Shown here piece by piece: positions 9,379 through 18,973 of a DNA stretch of 44,605 nucleotides; within the stretch, counting starts at the first letter, position 1, and every line of letters begins with the position of its first letter. The stretch comes from an uncultured archaeon (lineage in GTDB: Archaea; Asgardarchaeota; Thorarchaeia; Thorarchaeales; Thorarchaeaceae): NCBI GenBank assembly GCA_964458565.1, contig CAYWJO010000028.1:1-44605 (forward strand), given 5' to 3'. The position numbers and the translations under genes were made by a program. The notes under the pieces were generated by a model. The model was not told the DNA's origin. It worked only from the letters and a program-made list of their open reading frames with translations, and did no database searches.

Positions 9379-10158
9379 ATGAAAAAACTCCTAGTCACAC
9401 TCACAGTTGCGGAAGGCAAGCGTTTGATTGCTAAAGGACTGCTAGCTACAGAGATAATCCAAGATGTTCTTCAAAATGGGTATCTCTGCATAACCCTCGG
9501 AACAACTTCATCATATCTTGTTGAGGAGATATTAGGCGAGTATGACAAGACACGCCACATCGCAGGTATTGTAATACCCAAGGGGATATGGATTACAAAA
9601 GGTGAATATAGAAACTTCGATGCAATTTTTCATAAAGGAAATTATATTGAGGGAAAAAAGGTCAAAGACGTCATAAACGAACTCGGACCAAATGATGTGA
9701 TTGTAAAGAGCGTGAATGCAATAGATGCAGTAGGGACGCCCCTTGTATTCCTCGCAAGTCCAATAGGAGGAACAGTTGGCTCATTCATTGGTGCTGCCGC
9801 TGCGAAGAATGTGACAATTGTTGCAATAGGTGGTTTGGAAAAGTGCATTCCAACATTATACGATGACTTTGCTGGAAGTTTTGGAATGCAAGAATGGGAC
9901 TATGCTATGGGATTGGCATCAGGCATGATAGCACTCACCGAAGCTGTACTCTTTACAGAAGTTGACGCATTTGAAATTCTCTTCGATGTTGAAGCGATAC
10001 CTATTGCCGCAGGAGGTGTGAATGGTGCAGAGGGGAGTTACACATTTTTCCTTGAGGGAGAGGATGGTGATATTGACAGTGCATACGAGTTTCTCAAAGA
10101 GCTCAAAGGAGAGCCGCCATTTCCAAACGTAGAGCATGTGAAAGAATGGGAGGATTAA
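9379..10158 (+). CDS. Conserved hypothetical protein, possible RpiA/NagB/CoA-transferase-like fold
   Basis: TLTVAEGKRLIAK, LGTT, GGTVG, GLEK and AAGGVNGAEG motifs; SD GAGG upstream. The fold call is a guess. Confidence 0.7.
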   Translation: MKKLLVTLTVAEGKRLIAKGLLATEIIQDVLQNGYLCITLGTTSSYLVEEILGEYDKTRHIAGIVIPKGIWITKGEYRNFDAIFHKGNYIEGKKVKDVINELGPNDVIVKSVNAIDAVGTPLVFLASPIGGTVGSFIGAAAAKNVTIVAIGGLEKCIPTLYDDFAGSFGMQEWDYAMGLASGMIALTEAVLFTEVDAFEILFDVEAIPIAAGGVNGAEGSYTFFLEGEDGDIDSAYEFLKELKGEPPFPNVEHVKEWED

Positions 10159-10164
10159 CTTCTA

Positions 10165-10932
10165 ATGGTCAGCGATACGGTAATTCAAACAGAGCACCTC
10201 ACAAAGATATTCGAGAAGGGAAAGAAAAGAGAAGTGATTGCTCTAAACGACGTCAGTCTTGAAATAGACCGTGGCGAGGTGTTTGGGTTACTTGGTCCAA
10301 ACGGAGCTGGAAAGACAACGTTGATACGCTTACTTGTAGGTCTCCTAACTCCAACATCAGGGAAAGCTTGGGTTCTTGGCAAAGATGTTGTAACTGATAT
10401 TGATGACATAAGACAACAGGTAGCTTTACTTCCTCAAGAGGCAGGCATCTATGAAAGGCTTACTGCTCGAGAGAACCTGATTTTTTATGGAGGTCTATAT
10501 GGAATCCCTGAGGAAATACTTGAGGAACGTGCAGATAAATTACTTGACATTGTTGATTTAAGGGAAAAGGAGAATTATCAGGTCAAAGGATTTAGCGGTG
10601 GAATGAAGAGAAAAGTGCTTGTTGCGAGAGCGCTCATTATCGAACCCGAGATAATTTTCATGGATGAGCCCACAACTGGTGTTGATACAATAGGAGCAAG
10701 AGTTGTCAGAACCCTTCTCAAGAAACTTAGTGGAGAAAAAAGACAGACAATCATTCTAACTACTCATGATCTTAACGAAGTATCAGAATTATGTGATAGG
10801 GTTGGAATCCTCAATGAAGGAAAATTAATTGCCGTTGGGAGACCGAGCGAACTTGAAGAAAAATACAAGGGTGCAAACCTCGAAGACATATTCGTAGGAC
10901 TCGTGACCGGAGAGGGCGTCTATGGGGGCTGA
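10165..10932 (+). CDS. ABC transporter ATP-binding protein (ABC-2/NatA-like exporter)
   Basis: Walker A GPNGAGKTT, signature FSGGMKRK, Walker B IFMDEPT, H-loop TTH. Confidence 0.96.
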   Translation: MVSDTVIQTEHLTKIFEKGKKREVIALNDVSLEIDRGEVFGLLGPNGAGKTTLIRLLVGLLTPTSGKAWVLGKDVVTDIDDIRQQVALLPQEAGIYERLTARENLIFYGGLYGIPEEILEERADKLLDIVDLREKENYQVKGFSGGMKRKVLVARALIIEPEIIFMDEPTTGVDTIGARVVRTLLKKLSGEKRQTIILTTHDLNEVSELCDRVGILNEGKLIAVGRPSELEEKYKGANLEDIFVGLVTGEGVYGG

Positions 10933-10935
10933 TCA

Positions 10936-12147
10936 TTGATGCAACGACGCGAGTCCAGATTCAAGAAAGATAGGTGGCTAATCAAAAAAGAAGTTAAGTC
11001 GCTCTTACGGTCTCGATGGTTAATCTTAGGATTTATCATCAGTCCAATGTTTGCATGGTTGTTTCAAGGAGCCTTCATCTCATTTGTTTATGACCAATCA
11101 ACTGGTTCTGGAGCAAGATCCAAGGTATATTTCACGCTTGAAGATAAGGGAGAAATAGGGGAATCTTTGTACAGAAACATCTCGTTAAACCAATTCAATC
11201 TCAACATCACACAAATGATCAATATTACGTGGGATGAGGGTCAAGCACTCATAGATAATAGGTCTCTTACTGTGTGGGTGATAATTCCGGACGGGTTTAC
11301 AGAAGCGTATACGAACTATACAGGGGACCACCCAATAGGAACGGTTCAGATGTATACTAACACAGGAGTGTTAAGAGCTAGGGCAGTAGCACTTAAGATT
11401 AAGAATTACATAAACGCATTAATTGATTATAGACCTTGGGTAAAGGAAGTACGCATTCAAGAGTACAGCATCTCTCCTGAAGCAACCTATGGACACCAAT
11501 TGGCAATCTTCCTTATCATGATCACATCTGTTCTTGCTCCAGCCCCGTATGTCAGCCAATCTTTTGCGGGGGAGCGTGAAAAACACACCCTTGAAGCATT
11601 GCTTGTAGTCCCTATGAGTAGAATCAGAATATTAGGTGCTAAATTGATTTCAGGATTATCGCTTACTACAATCTACATGTTCTTCACTGTAGTTGGGGTT
11701 TTGGTTTATAACTGGTCAATACTAGCGCGAGCTCCAAATCCAATTGAAGCAGCGATATTTACTGTCAATATTTCAACAATTCCACTTCTCATGCTTTGTC
11801 AGTTCCTAGTGTTATTATGCTCCATAGGAATTGGGGTAGTAATCTCATGTCTTGCTAAAGACCAAGCAACTGCTGAGTCGGTCAACAGTCTCATTCTATT
11901 AGTTCCAACCATGGTGATAGGTATACTCGGGTTCACAGGGAGCATTAACCAATTCCAAGGAGAACTCTTTGGATTCTTTGTTCAGGCAATACCATTCACA
12001 CATGCAGTCATAATCCTTGAGGGAATCTTGACAGGATCAGGAACCTTACTTGGTCTGTTGGGAAATATATCCTATTTGCTTGGATTCACTTTGGTATTCC
12101 TCATCATTGGAGCAAAACTCTTTGATCGAGAAGCAATAATTTCCTAG
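10936..12147 (+). CDS. ABC-2 type permease (NatB-like)
   Basis: LIKKEVK, AGEREKHTLEALLVVP...ILGAK; one plus five TM layout with a large external loop. Confidence 0.92.
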   Translation: MMQRRESRFKKDRWLIKKEVKSLLRSRWLILGFIISPMFAWLFQGAFISFVYDQSTGSGARSKVYFTLEDKGEIGESLYRNISLNQFNLNITQMINITWDEGQALIDNRSLTVWVIIPDGFTEAYTNYTGDHPIGTVQMYTNTGVLRARAVALKIKNYINALIDYRPWVKEVRIQEYSISPEATYGHQLAIFLIMITSVLAPAPYVSQSFAGEREKHTLEALLVVPMSRIRILGAKLISGLSLTTIYMFFTVVGVLVYNWSILARAPNPIEAAIFTVNISTIPLLMLCQFLVLLCSIGIGVVISCLAKDQATAESVNSLILLVPTMVIGILGFTGSINQFQGELFGFFVQAIPFTHAVIILEGILTGSGTLLGLLGNISYLLGFTLVFLIIGAKLFDREAIIS

Positions 12148-12270
12148 AAGAACATAATGATGTCCAGACCACATCACTGAAACTAAGAAGATGTTTACGC
12201 ATAAGACAACTAGTGAAGTCGGGAAAAGAGAACCCATTGATCATCTGGCCAGAGGGTGTATGCGTTAGAC

Positions 12271-12651
12271 TCATACACCTCCATTTTGTTGAGTTTCGGA
12301 TACATCGTTTGGAATTTTCAGTACCGCCGCAGACACAAGCTCCCGCATCCTTACAAGTTGACTTTGTACTTTTTCAATCCCTTCTTTTGTAATGGTAACA
12401 ATTGTCGTTGGTTTCAATTCAACAAAGTGCTTTGATATCTTGACTAGTTTCATATCCTGAAGTTTTCTGAGATGGCTTGAAAGATTTCCGGAGGTGAGAT
12501 TCAATTTGTTTTGTAGATGGGTGAACTGTGCTTTCTGTGTGAAATAGAGATACACTAAAATAGACAGACGCGCCGGGACGAAGGTTTCACGGTCTTCTTC
12601 CATGAAACCTACAAGTGCATTAAGCACATCCCCATCAAGTGACAAGCTCAT
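12271..12651 (-). CDS. Winged helix-turn-helix transcriptional regulator (HTH_34, ArsR/MarR-like)
   Basis: PARLSIL...FTHLQNKLNLTSGNLSSHLRKL...KPTT...ITKEG. Confidence 0.9.
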   Translation of the reverse strand: MSLSLDGDVLNALVGFMEEDRETFVPARLSILVYLYFTQKAQFTHLQNKLNLTSGNLSSHLRKLQDMKLVKISKHFVELKPTTIVTITKEGIEKVQSQLVRMRELVSAAVLKIPNDVSETQQNGGV

Positions 12652-13349
12652 TCACGTCCCATTGTCTGAACCAGGATGCGTTCTGCAGTCATTAGAATAT
12701 AGATTCCCTGAGCATAGAGCCCTCCAATATCGACAAGAATCATTACTGAAAAAGCAAGTTCGGGTAGAGCAAGGATTGGAATCAGACTTAGACTTACCAA
12801 CAGCACAAAAACGAGATGTGAAAGTGAGTAATCCACGGATTTTGGATTTTTTCTCATGTCAAGATAGATAGCGAGGTTACCAATAGCCAAGATAATCTGC
12901 ACAACAATGAGGAAGAGAAGCGGTTGTCCAGTTCCGAAGGAGTAAATGGAACTTATCACCATTATTATTGCAAATGCGCCCCATATCACATTCACTAGCC
13001 AACTTGACTGGTCTTCTTCTTGTTCAATACTTGTGTAAGATTTGGTTAATGGAACTATTAATCTGAAGGCGATGATGAACGATACTAATAAACTGATAAC
13101 CACGAAGAAAACGACGCTAATTAATTCAAGACCCAATGCTTGAAAGAAACCAAAAAGTGTTGTATAAACCAGAGTGATAATAGAAACCCCTCCGCCTATT
13201 AAAACGAAAATCAAACCAGTCACTCTACGTTCAACAACAGCGGGGTATCTATCAACAAGATCGGTTAGTTTGAGTAATTTCATTGCCGATTCTCGCATTT
13301 CCTCCTGACTTAGGTCGTTTTGGTTTTCGGATTTCGATTCGTCATTCAT
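12648..13349 (-). CDS. Hypothetical six-TM membrane protein
   Basis: About six hydrophobic segments; ATGA overlap with the wHTH gene; SD AGGTG upstream. Confidence 0.8.
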   Translation of the reverse strand: MNDESKSENQNDLSQEEMRESAMKLLKLTDLVDRYPAVVERRVTGLIFVLIGGGVSIITLVYTTLFGFFQALGLELISVVFFVVISLLVSFIIAFRLIVPLTKSYTSIEQEEDQSSWLVNVIWGAFAIIMVISSIYSFGTGQPLLFLIVVQIILAIGNLAIYLDMRKNPKSVDYSLSHLVFVLLVSLSLIPILALPELAFSVMILVDIGGLYAQGIYILMTAERILVQTMGRE

Positions 13350-13416
13350 ATTAACACCTACTTTTGTGACCTAGACTGCTTGGTTCTTGAATATTATGTT
13401 TCAGAGTAATAAATTA

Positions 13417-13436
13417 CGCGGGGGGAGAGACCCGCG
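13417..13436 (-). terminator. GC hairpin downstream of the ABC permease (possible terminator or transcript-stabilising stem)
   Basis: 6-bp stem CGCGGG/CCCGCG, followed on the minus strand by TAATTTATT. Confidence 0.4.
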
Positions 13437-13469
13437 CGTTCGGAGAGAATCAAGCAAGTCCAGAATGAG

Positions 13470-14633
13470 TCATTTCTTTGCAGATTGTCTCCCAAAGAGC
13501 AATGCTCCAATGGCTAGCATTGCAATCCCTATAACTGCCACTACAACAAGGTCTATCCACACCGACATCGTGCCTACAGGAGCCCCCCTAAGGAAAAGTG
13601 TCGTGAGTGCATGAGTGACATAGTTGCTAGGCATGAATGTGCCAAGTACCTCACTGAGTCCTCCTAAGGGCATGAATGTGCCAAAGAACATCTGTGGCAT
13701 AATGAAGATGAAACCAACTCCGGTTGCTATATCTGCGGTCTTTGATATTACTGCTGTGATTAGACCCATGCCGACGCAGGTAAGAGTGAATACTACCACT
13801 ATCAGAAATGCGAATAATAGTCCAGAAGCAGTCGTATTGGGTTGATAACCAATAGCAAAGGACCCTGCAAAGACCAAGGAAACCTGCAACACTCCCACAA
13901 TCATGTATGCAAGCGTTTTCGCAGCTATGAACTCAGAGGATGTAACTGGTGTGGTCCCCATCCTATTCAGAAGACCATTTTCACGTTCTACTGTGAGTGA
14001 TTGTGAAACGGTCATAATCATGAAGATGGCAGCAAAAGCGAAGATTCCGGGTGCCATGAAATCCCATTGAGTTAAATCACTCACATAGATGAGCGATGGA
14101 CTACCAATTTCGATTGGGAGCTCCATCGAACCCGCTTGCGCACCGTATATTGTTGTGAAGAGCACTTGTTGTACCATTGGGGGTACTGCGCTACTTGCAA
14201 TCATTGATCCACTATCAAGGTATAGTTCAACGGTCGTATTATCCCAAGTACTGCCATCAAGTGGAGAAACCCAGTATGACTCAATACTATCCCCAAATCC
14301 CTCAGGTATAATAACAAGAGCATGTAGACCGCCATTCAAGAGATCATCCTGTCCGGTTGTGTTAGAATCATAATGGTTGATAAGAGTACCATTGAGTTCT
14401 GTGAGATTACCAATAAAGGACTCAGACCATCCTGCATTATTTGAATTTGCGTCCATATTAACGATACCAATCCTGAATTCAGTTTCTCCCCCAGTATTTA
14501 TCCCACCGAATGCAATACCAAATATCAGACTGATTACTAAGGGAAAGAGTATCAACAAGAACAGCGCTGCAGGTTCACGATAGAATAATTTCAAGTCTTT
14601 CTTAACAAGAGCCGCAATTCTTCTGCTTTTCAT
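13470..14633 (-). CDS. ABC-2 type permease
   Basis: LVKKDLKLFYREP, DFMAPGI, ERENGLLNRMGTTPV; six TM segments. Confidence 0.93.
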   Translation of the reverse strand: MKSRRIAALVKKDLKLFYREPAALFLLILFPLVISLIFGIAFGGINTGGETEFRIGIVNMDANSNNAGWSESFIGNLTELNGTLINHYDSNTTGQDDLLNGGLHALVIIPEGFGDSIESYWVSPLDGSTWDNTTVELYLDSGSMIASSAVPPMVQQVLFTTIYGAQAGSMELPIEIGSPSLIYVSDLTQWDFMAPGIFAFAAIFMIMTVSQSLTVERENGLLNRMGTTPVTSSEFIAAKTLAYMIVGVLQVSLVFAGSFAIGYQPNTTASGLLFAFLIVVVFTLTCVGMGLITAVISKTADIATGVGFIFIMPQMFFGTFMPLGGLSEVLGTFMPSNYVTHALTTLFLRGAPVGTMSVWIDLVVVAVIGIAMLAIGALLFGRQSAKK

Positions 14634-14635
14634 TT

Positions 14636-15382
14636 TTAGACGACCTCCCTGAGTTTCTTTCCAGTTAGTTTTATGAAGACCTCTTCGAGGTTCTCCGCAT
14701 TATTTTCGTCCATGAGTTCCTGTGGAGTTCCTAAAGCAATCAGACGCCCCTCATCGATTATACCAACTCGGTCGCAGAGAAATTTGGCTTCTTCCATGTA
14801 ATGTGTAGTCAAGACAATCGCAATCCCATTCTTCTTCAGTTCTAATATGAAATCCCAAACTGCTCGTCGAGAAACTGGATCCATGGCTACAGTAGGTTCG
14901 TCAAGGAGGGCAACTTTTGGATTATGAATGAGAGCCATCAATGTGCTGATTCGACGAATCATTCCGCCGCTGTATTCCTTGGATTTCCTGTCTGCATGGT
15001 CATCCATTCCAATCTTCCGGAGAAGATCTGCAGTTCTTTCCTTGAGCTCTGTCTTTGGCACATCATGGAATGTACCATATATCTCGATATTTTCACGACC
15101 AGTGAGATGACCATAGAAAGCAGGTTCTTGGGGACAAACGCCAATTATCTCACGAACGTTTTTTCCATCATATTCCACATCGTAACCTCCGACCTGTGCG
15201 CCACCATTAGTTGGAGTTAGGAGCGTTGCTAGAATATTGATAAGCGTGGTCTTGCCAGCCCCATTAGGACCAAGAAGACCAAAGATCTCACCCCATTTGA
15301 TTTCAAGACTCACACCATCAACAGCAGTAACAGAACCAAATCGTTTGGTTACATTTTCAATAACTATCGCAGATTCAGACAT
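14636..15382 (-). CDS. ABC transporter ATP-binding protein (DrrA-like)
   Basis: GPNGAGKTT, YSGGMIRR, LLDEPT, TTHYMEEA. Confidence 0.96.
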   Translation of the reverse strand: MSESAIVIENVTKRFGSVTAVDGVSLEIKWGEIFGLLGPNGAGKTTLINILATLLTPTNGGAQVGGYDVEYDGKNVREIIGVCPQEPAFYGHLTGRENIEIYGTFHDVPKTELKERTADLLRKIGMDDHADRKSKEYSGGMIRRISTLMALIHNPKVALLDEPTVAMDPVSRRAVWDFILELKKNGIAIVLTTHYMEEAKFLCDRVGIIDEGRLIALGTPQELMDENNAENLEEVFIKLTGKKLREVV

Positions 15383-15676
15383 TGTTAATCACATGTATGT
15401 AGATGTATAAAGGGAATATAAGGGGTGAACAATGCGTGAAGCACAACCTAGTTTGTACGGCAAACTATTGTAAAATGAAACAGAGCCTAAAAATGAGTAT
15501 GGAAAAATGGTCAAAATTAAAGTTGAATTGAATATCAATACTGTAAAATTTTAGTTGTTTGAAATCACCTATTCAAAGTGCCTAAAGATGAGGATTTGGG
15601 CTATTTGAGCAACACCTGTTCTTTATATTATGACCACTACCGTAGTATATACATCGAGTGGAATGGAACGAAAAAA

Positions 15677-15760
15677 TGGACTCACAGAGTCCAACAGTGT
15701 GGGCTCACAAGCCCGCACTGTTCCCATATGTGGGTGGAGGGGACCAAAGTGTATCACTTT
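15677..15760 (+). ncRNA. Candidate structured RNA (four closely packed stem-loops), possibly a leader of the downstream regulator
   Basis: Hairpins at 15677-15693 (7 bp), 15693-15722 (13 bp with one U-G), 15723-15734 (4 bp) and 15746-15760 (6 bp). TATA-like TTTATATT at 15622-15629. Confidence 0.4.
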
Positions 15761-15864
15761 CTATCAATTACTAAGACATATAATGGTGATTATTCTGCTT
15801 ATTACTACCTGAAAGAACACAAGTCAATCTGCAGCACGTATATGATATACGGAAAGAGGTCAGA

Positions 15865-17481
15865 TTGAACACGGAGCGAGAGTGTGATTACGAAGAAGAA
15901 ATCAGTAGATGTTGGCTGGAAGTATCTGAAATTATCCATACCTTATTTGGTCTTGACGCAGCACAAATTCCGAGAGAGATTGAATCAGTAAGTTCGACTG
16001 AACTACTTGATGGCATTAGTCAAATCCAAAATGGGAAACTCTTGATTTCCGAAAAGGTCGCTTTGGGGGATATACCACTTCAAGCAGTAGTGGCAAGAGA
16101 ATGTTTGAAATCTGCACTCCCAAAGAAGGGTATATGCATTAAATGGGCGGAAGATCTTGCTAATGAGTTCGCGCGACAGTATCTAACAGGCAAGAACAGG
16201 GAAGATTGGTACAGAACATGGATAGAATCAACTCAAGAAACAAAAGTGAATGATGCATTGTCTCACTCACCCCAAAGAGCTTACGCATTGCTCTACGAAG
16301 CAATGGGTGAAAGAGCTCTGCAAAATATCGTATCGGATTTTATAAACGCATCAAAATATGGAACTGAAATGAGTTTGGAAGACTATCTTCAGTACTTTTA
16401 CACGGTAACGAGCCGGTTCACGGTTCCTCTAGATACGACAGAACTTCACATCATTGATTCATTAATTAAGGATCCCAATGCGACACCAAAGACACAAGCA
16501 AAAAAGCTCTCTCTCTCACCTCAATGGATATCGACAAAAATCACTGAACTTCAGAGAAAAATGATTCTTCGCAAATTCGAAACTGTTAGGTTTTCTAAAA
16601 TTGGAATTAGGATGTTTCATCTTGAGATTGGAAATGTTAGTATCTCTGAGATACTCAATCAGTATCTCTCAGGATGCCCATTTCTATATGGAATACGTAG
16701 TATTCTATCAGGACCAAATCAAGCACTGGCAATCCTAGCCGTTCCGGATAATCCAATCAATATTGCAGCCCTTGACAGATTCATAAAAGGATTGCAGGAT
16801 GATATGATCGAACACAGATTATTCGAAGTTACTTCATCAAGTGCAAATTATTGCTTTGATTACTATGATTCAGAAGACGGAATATGGAGAATACCTTGGG
16901 ATTTGGAGAGGGTGCAATTATCTAAAATTCATCAGGATGATCTTGCTTCGATATTTCCCAAAATCGATGAGAAAAAATGTATGGACAACTCTGAATTCGA
17001 TATGCTCGATATGCGAATACTAGGTACTGTTTGGAGGGGAGCAACATCGGTTTATTCTATTCGAAAAGAGCTGAGAGTAGGGCAAGAAAGAGTTGCAGCG
17101 AAATTAAAGGAATTTAGAAATCAGGACATTATAACGATGAAATGGGAAATCCATAACATTGGACTAATTGAGAACATTATGATACATACTGAAGATGCTA
17201 GTATAGGAGCATCTATTGCCGCTTGGTCACAGAGATTACCAAGGACGATTCATTCCTTCGATGATGAAAGACGAATGGTCCTGATGTGTTCCCTTCCCCA
17301 AGGAGGCACGTACGGAATGATTTGGGCAATGGAATTATTAGCAACACCAATCCAGACCAGTGTTCTCGGTCAATCACTTTATGGATATTGGAGATTTCCG
17401 GATGCACAATGGGATGTCAATACTTGTCAATGGAAGGCATCTTATGACGAAATCGAGAGTTGGTTGGGTTCAATACCATAG
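15865..17481 (+). CDS. Large regulator: degenerate IrrE/ImmA-like N-domain plus two wHTH-Lrp/AsnC-like repeats
   Basis: wHTH 1 (LDTTELHIIDSL...QAKKLSLSPQWISTKITEL) and wHTH 2 (FDMLDMRIL...IRKELRVGQERVAAKLKEF), each followed by a beta-alpha-beta domain. SD GAGGT before the TTG start. Confidence 0.75.
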   Translation: MNTERECDYEEEISRCWLEVSEIIHTLFGLDAAQIPREIESVSSTELLDGISQIQNGKLLISEKVALGDIPLQAVVARECLKSALPKKGICIKWAEDLANEFARQYLTGKNREDWYRTWIESTQETKVNDALSHSPQRAYALLYEAMGERALQNIVSDFINASKYGTEMSLEDYLQYFYTVTSRFTVPLDTTELHIIDSLIKDPNATPKTQAKKLSLSPQWISTKITELQRKMILRKFETVRFSKIGIRMFHLEIGNVSISEILNQYLSGCPFLYGIRSILSGPNQALAILAVPDNPINIAALDRFIKGLQDDMIEHRLFEVTSSSANYCFDYYDSEDGIWRIPWDLERVQLSKIHQDDLASIFPKIDEKKCMDNSEFDMLDMRILGTVWRGATSVYSIRKELRVGQERVAAKLKEFRNQDIITMKWEIHNIGLIENIMIHTEDASIGASIAAWSQRLPRTIHSFDDERRMVLMCSLPQGGTYGMIWAMELLATPIQTSVLGQSLYGYWRFPDAQWDVNTCQWKASYDEIESWLGSIP

Positions 17482-17521
17482 AGGAATTATATTCAGATAA
17501 GGCGTGGATTAAAAGAATAGT

Positions 17522-18919
17522 TCATTCAATAGGCCATTTAGGGTCAATTCTCAATCCAGCTCGATCAAGTAATTCTGCACTATGCTTGAGCGCCTTCATT
17601 CTAACATCACTTTCATCAAGAGTAAGTAGTTTCTTACCTTGCATCAGGACATGACCATTTACTATGGTAGTATCAACATATTGACCTGATCCAGAGTATA
17701 TAATATTGGAAACCGGATTCTCAGGAGGTGTGAGACCTAGACTAGTCAGATCTATAAGTATCAAATCAGCGAGTTTTCCAACCTCCAATGAACCCACTTT
17801 GTCCTGAATTCCCATTGCTATAGCTCCTCCTAATGTAGCCATCTCTAGGGCTTGTTCCGCTGTCACAACTAATGGGTTTTTGACAAATGCTTTGTGAATT
17901 AATGCAGCTAAGCGCATTTCTCTTATCATGTCATAGGTATTATTGCTCGGTCCGCCATCGGTTGCAATTGATACAGGAACCCCTTTCTGCAGCATCTGTG
18001 GAACTTTCGCGAATCCAGAGGCGAGCTTCATATTGCTCGCTGGACAGTGTGCGATATTAGACTTCGTTTTAGCAAGAATATCAAGTGCGTCATCTTCAAA
18101 ATGAATCCCATGAGCAAATATCATTTCAGGACCTAGAAGATTATTCTCTTGCGCGAACTCAGTCAATTTCATATTGTAGTTATTTTTAACATAGCGTACA
18201 TCATCTACCACTTCTCCAAGATGCATTGTCATGTGAGTCTTCTTTTCACGGGTCAATCGGGCAACTTCTTTGAATAGATTAGGAGTGACAGCACCAAGAG
18301 ACCTAAGACCATACCATACCTCTAGTCGGTTTTCACCGGCTCCATGCCACTTCTTGTACATCTCATCCGTTTCTTTCAGACAGGTATCAGCATCTTCAAC
18401 CATTCCATGATACATGATGTCATCATTATCAGCATAGCCTGTAGAGTCCATAATAATCTTAGAGAGTGCTGCTCTCATACCAACAGTCTTGACAGACTCA
18501 GCAATCTGGTTGAACCCATAACGAGTATGAATCATACACTCTACAAAAGATGTTGTTCCAGTACGGATCATCTCAGCCATGCATAGCTCAGCAGACACTT
18601 TACCATCAGTGCCCTCAAAATTGCCTTGTAAGACCCAAACATAATTCTTCAACCAATCAACCAGAGAGACATCATCTGCGCCACCCCTTATCAATGCCTG
18701 AGCGAGATGCACGTGAGTATTTATTAGACCAGGCATGACTACCATGTTTTTCGCATCAAGAACTATATCAGCGGTCTTGTATGACATCTGCTCTGTTTTA
18801 TTGACCTCAGCTATTTTAGTACCCTCGATAAATACAGCCCCGTCTTTGATGATACGCCGTTTGGGGTCCATTGTTATTACATAACCATTTTTGATAAGAA
18901 TAGATTCTGCTGAGCTCAT
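17522..18919 (-). CDS. Metal-dependent deaminase/amidohydrolase (MtaD/AtzA/8-oxoguanine-deaminase-like)
   Basis: PGLINTHVH, HLGE, HCPASN, ATDG, GSLEVGKLAD. Start moved to ATG at 18919 (GGAGG upstream); the track start is 18952. Confidence 0.9.
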   Translation of the reverse strand: MSSAESILIKNGYVITMDPKRRIIKDGAVFIEGTKIAEVNKTEQMSYKTADIVLDAKNMVVMPGLINTHVHLAQALIRGGADDVSLVDWLKNYVWVLQGNFEGTDGKVSAELCMAEMIRTGTTSFVECMIHTRYGFNQIAESVKTVGMRAALSKIIMDSTGYADNDDIMYHGMVEDADTCLKETDEMYKKWHGAGENRLEVWYGLRSLGAVTPNLFKEVARLTREKKTHMTMHLGEVVDDVRYVKNNYNMKLTEFAQENNLLGPEMIFAHGIHFEDDALDILAKTKSNIAHCPASNMKLASGFAKVPQMLQKGVPVSIATDGGPSNNTYDMIREMRLAALIHKAFVKNPLVVTAEQALEMATLGGAIAMGIQDKVGSLEVGKLADLILIDLTSLGLTPPENPVSNIIYSGSGQYVDTTIVNGHVLMQGKKLLTLDESDVRMKALKHSAELLDRAGLRIDPKWPIE

Positions 18920-18973
18920 GAAGAATCCTCCACGTCTTAATAGTGGGTACAAAATCGTGATAATAGTTATGGT

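Noticed and set aside
12157-12216. C/D-box-like sRNA (ATGATGT...CTGA) between convergent genes
   Set aside because: The C box is imperfect, there is no convincing C' or terminal D box, and I cannot identify a target.
15677-15760. tRNA or CRISPR interpretation of the hairpin cluster
   Set aside because: There is no acceptor stem or TTC T-loop motif, and no identical repeats with spacers or cas genes.
15676-15774. The micro-ORF contains ALFPYVGGG, similar to the MoaD C-terminus ALFPPVGGG
   Set aside because: There is no beta-grasp domain in front of it and the GG is not terminal. The match is probably chance; the ORF is kept only as a possible leader peptide.
15578-15868. 96-aa and 60-aa track ORFs in the gap before the regulator
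   Set aside because: No recognisable motifs, atypical composition, and they overlap the putative promoter and hairpins.
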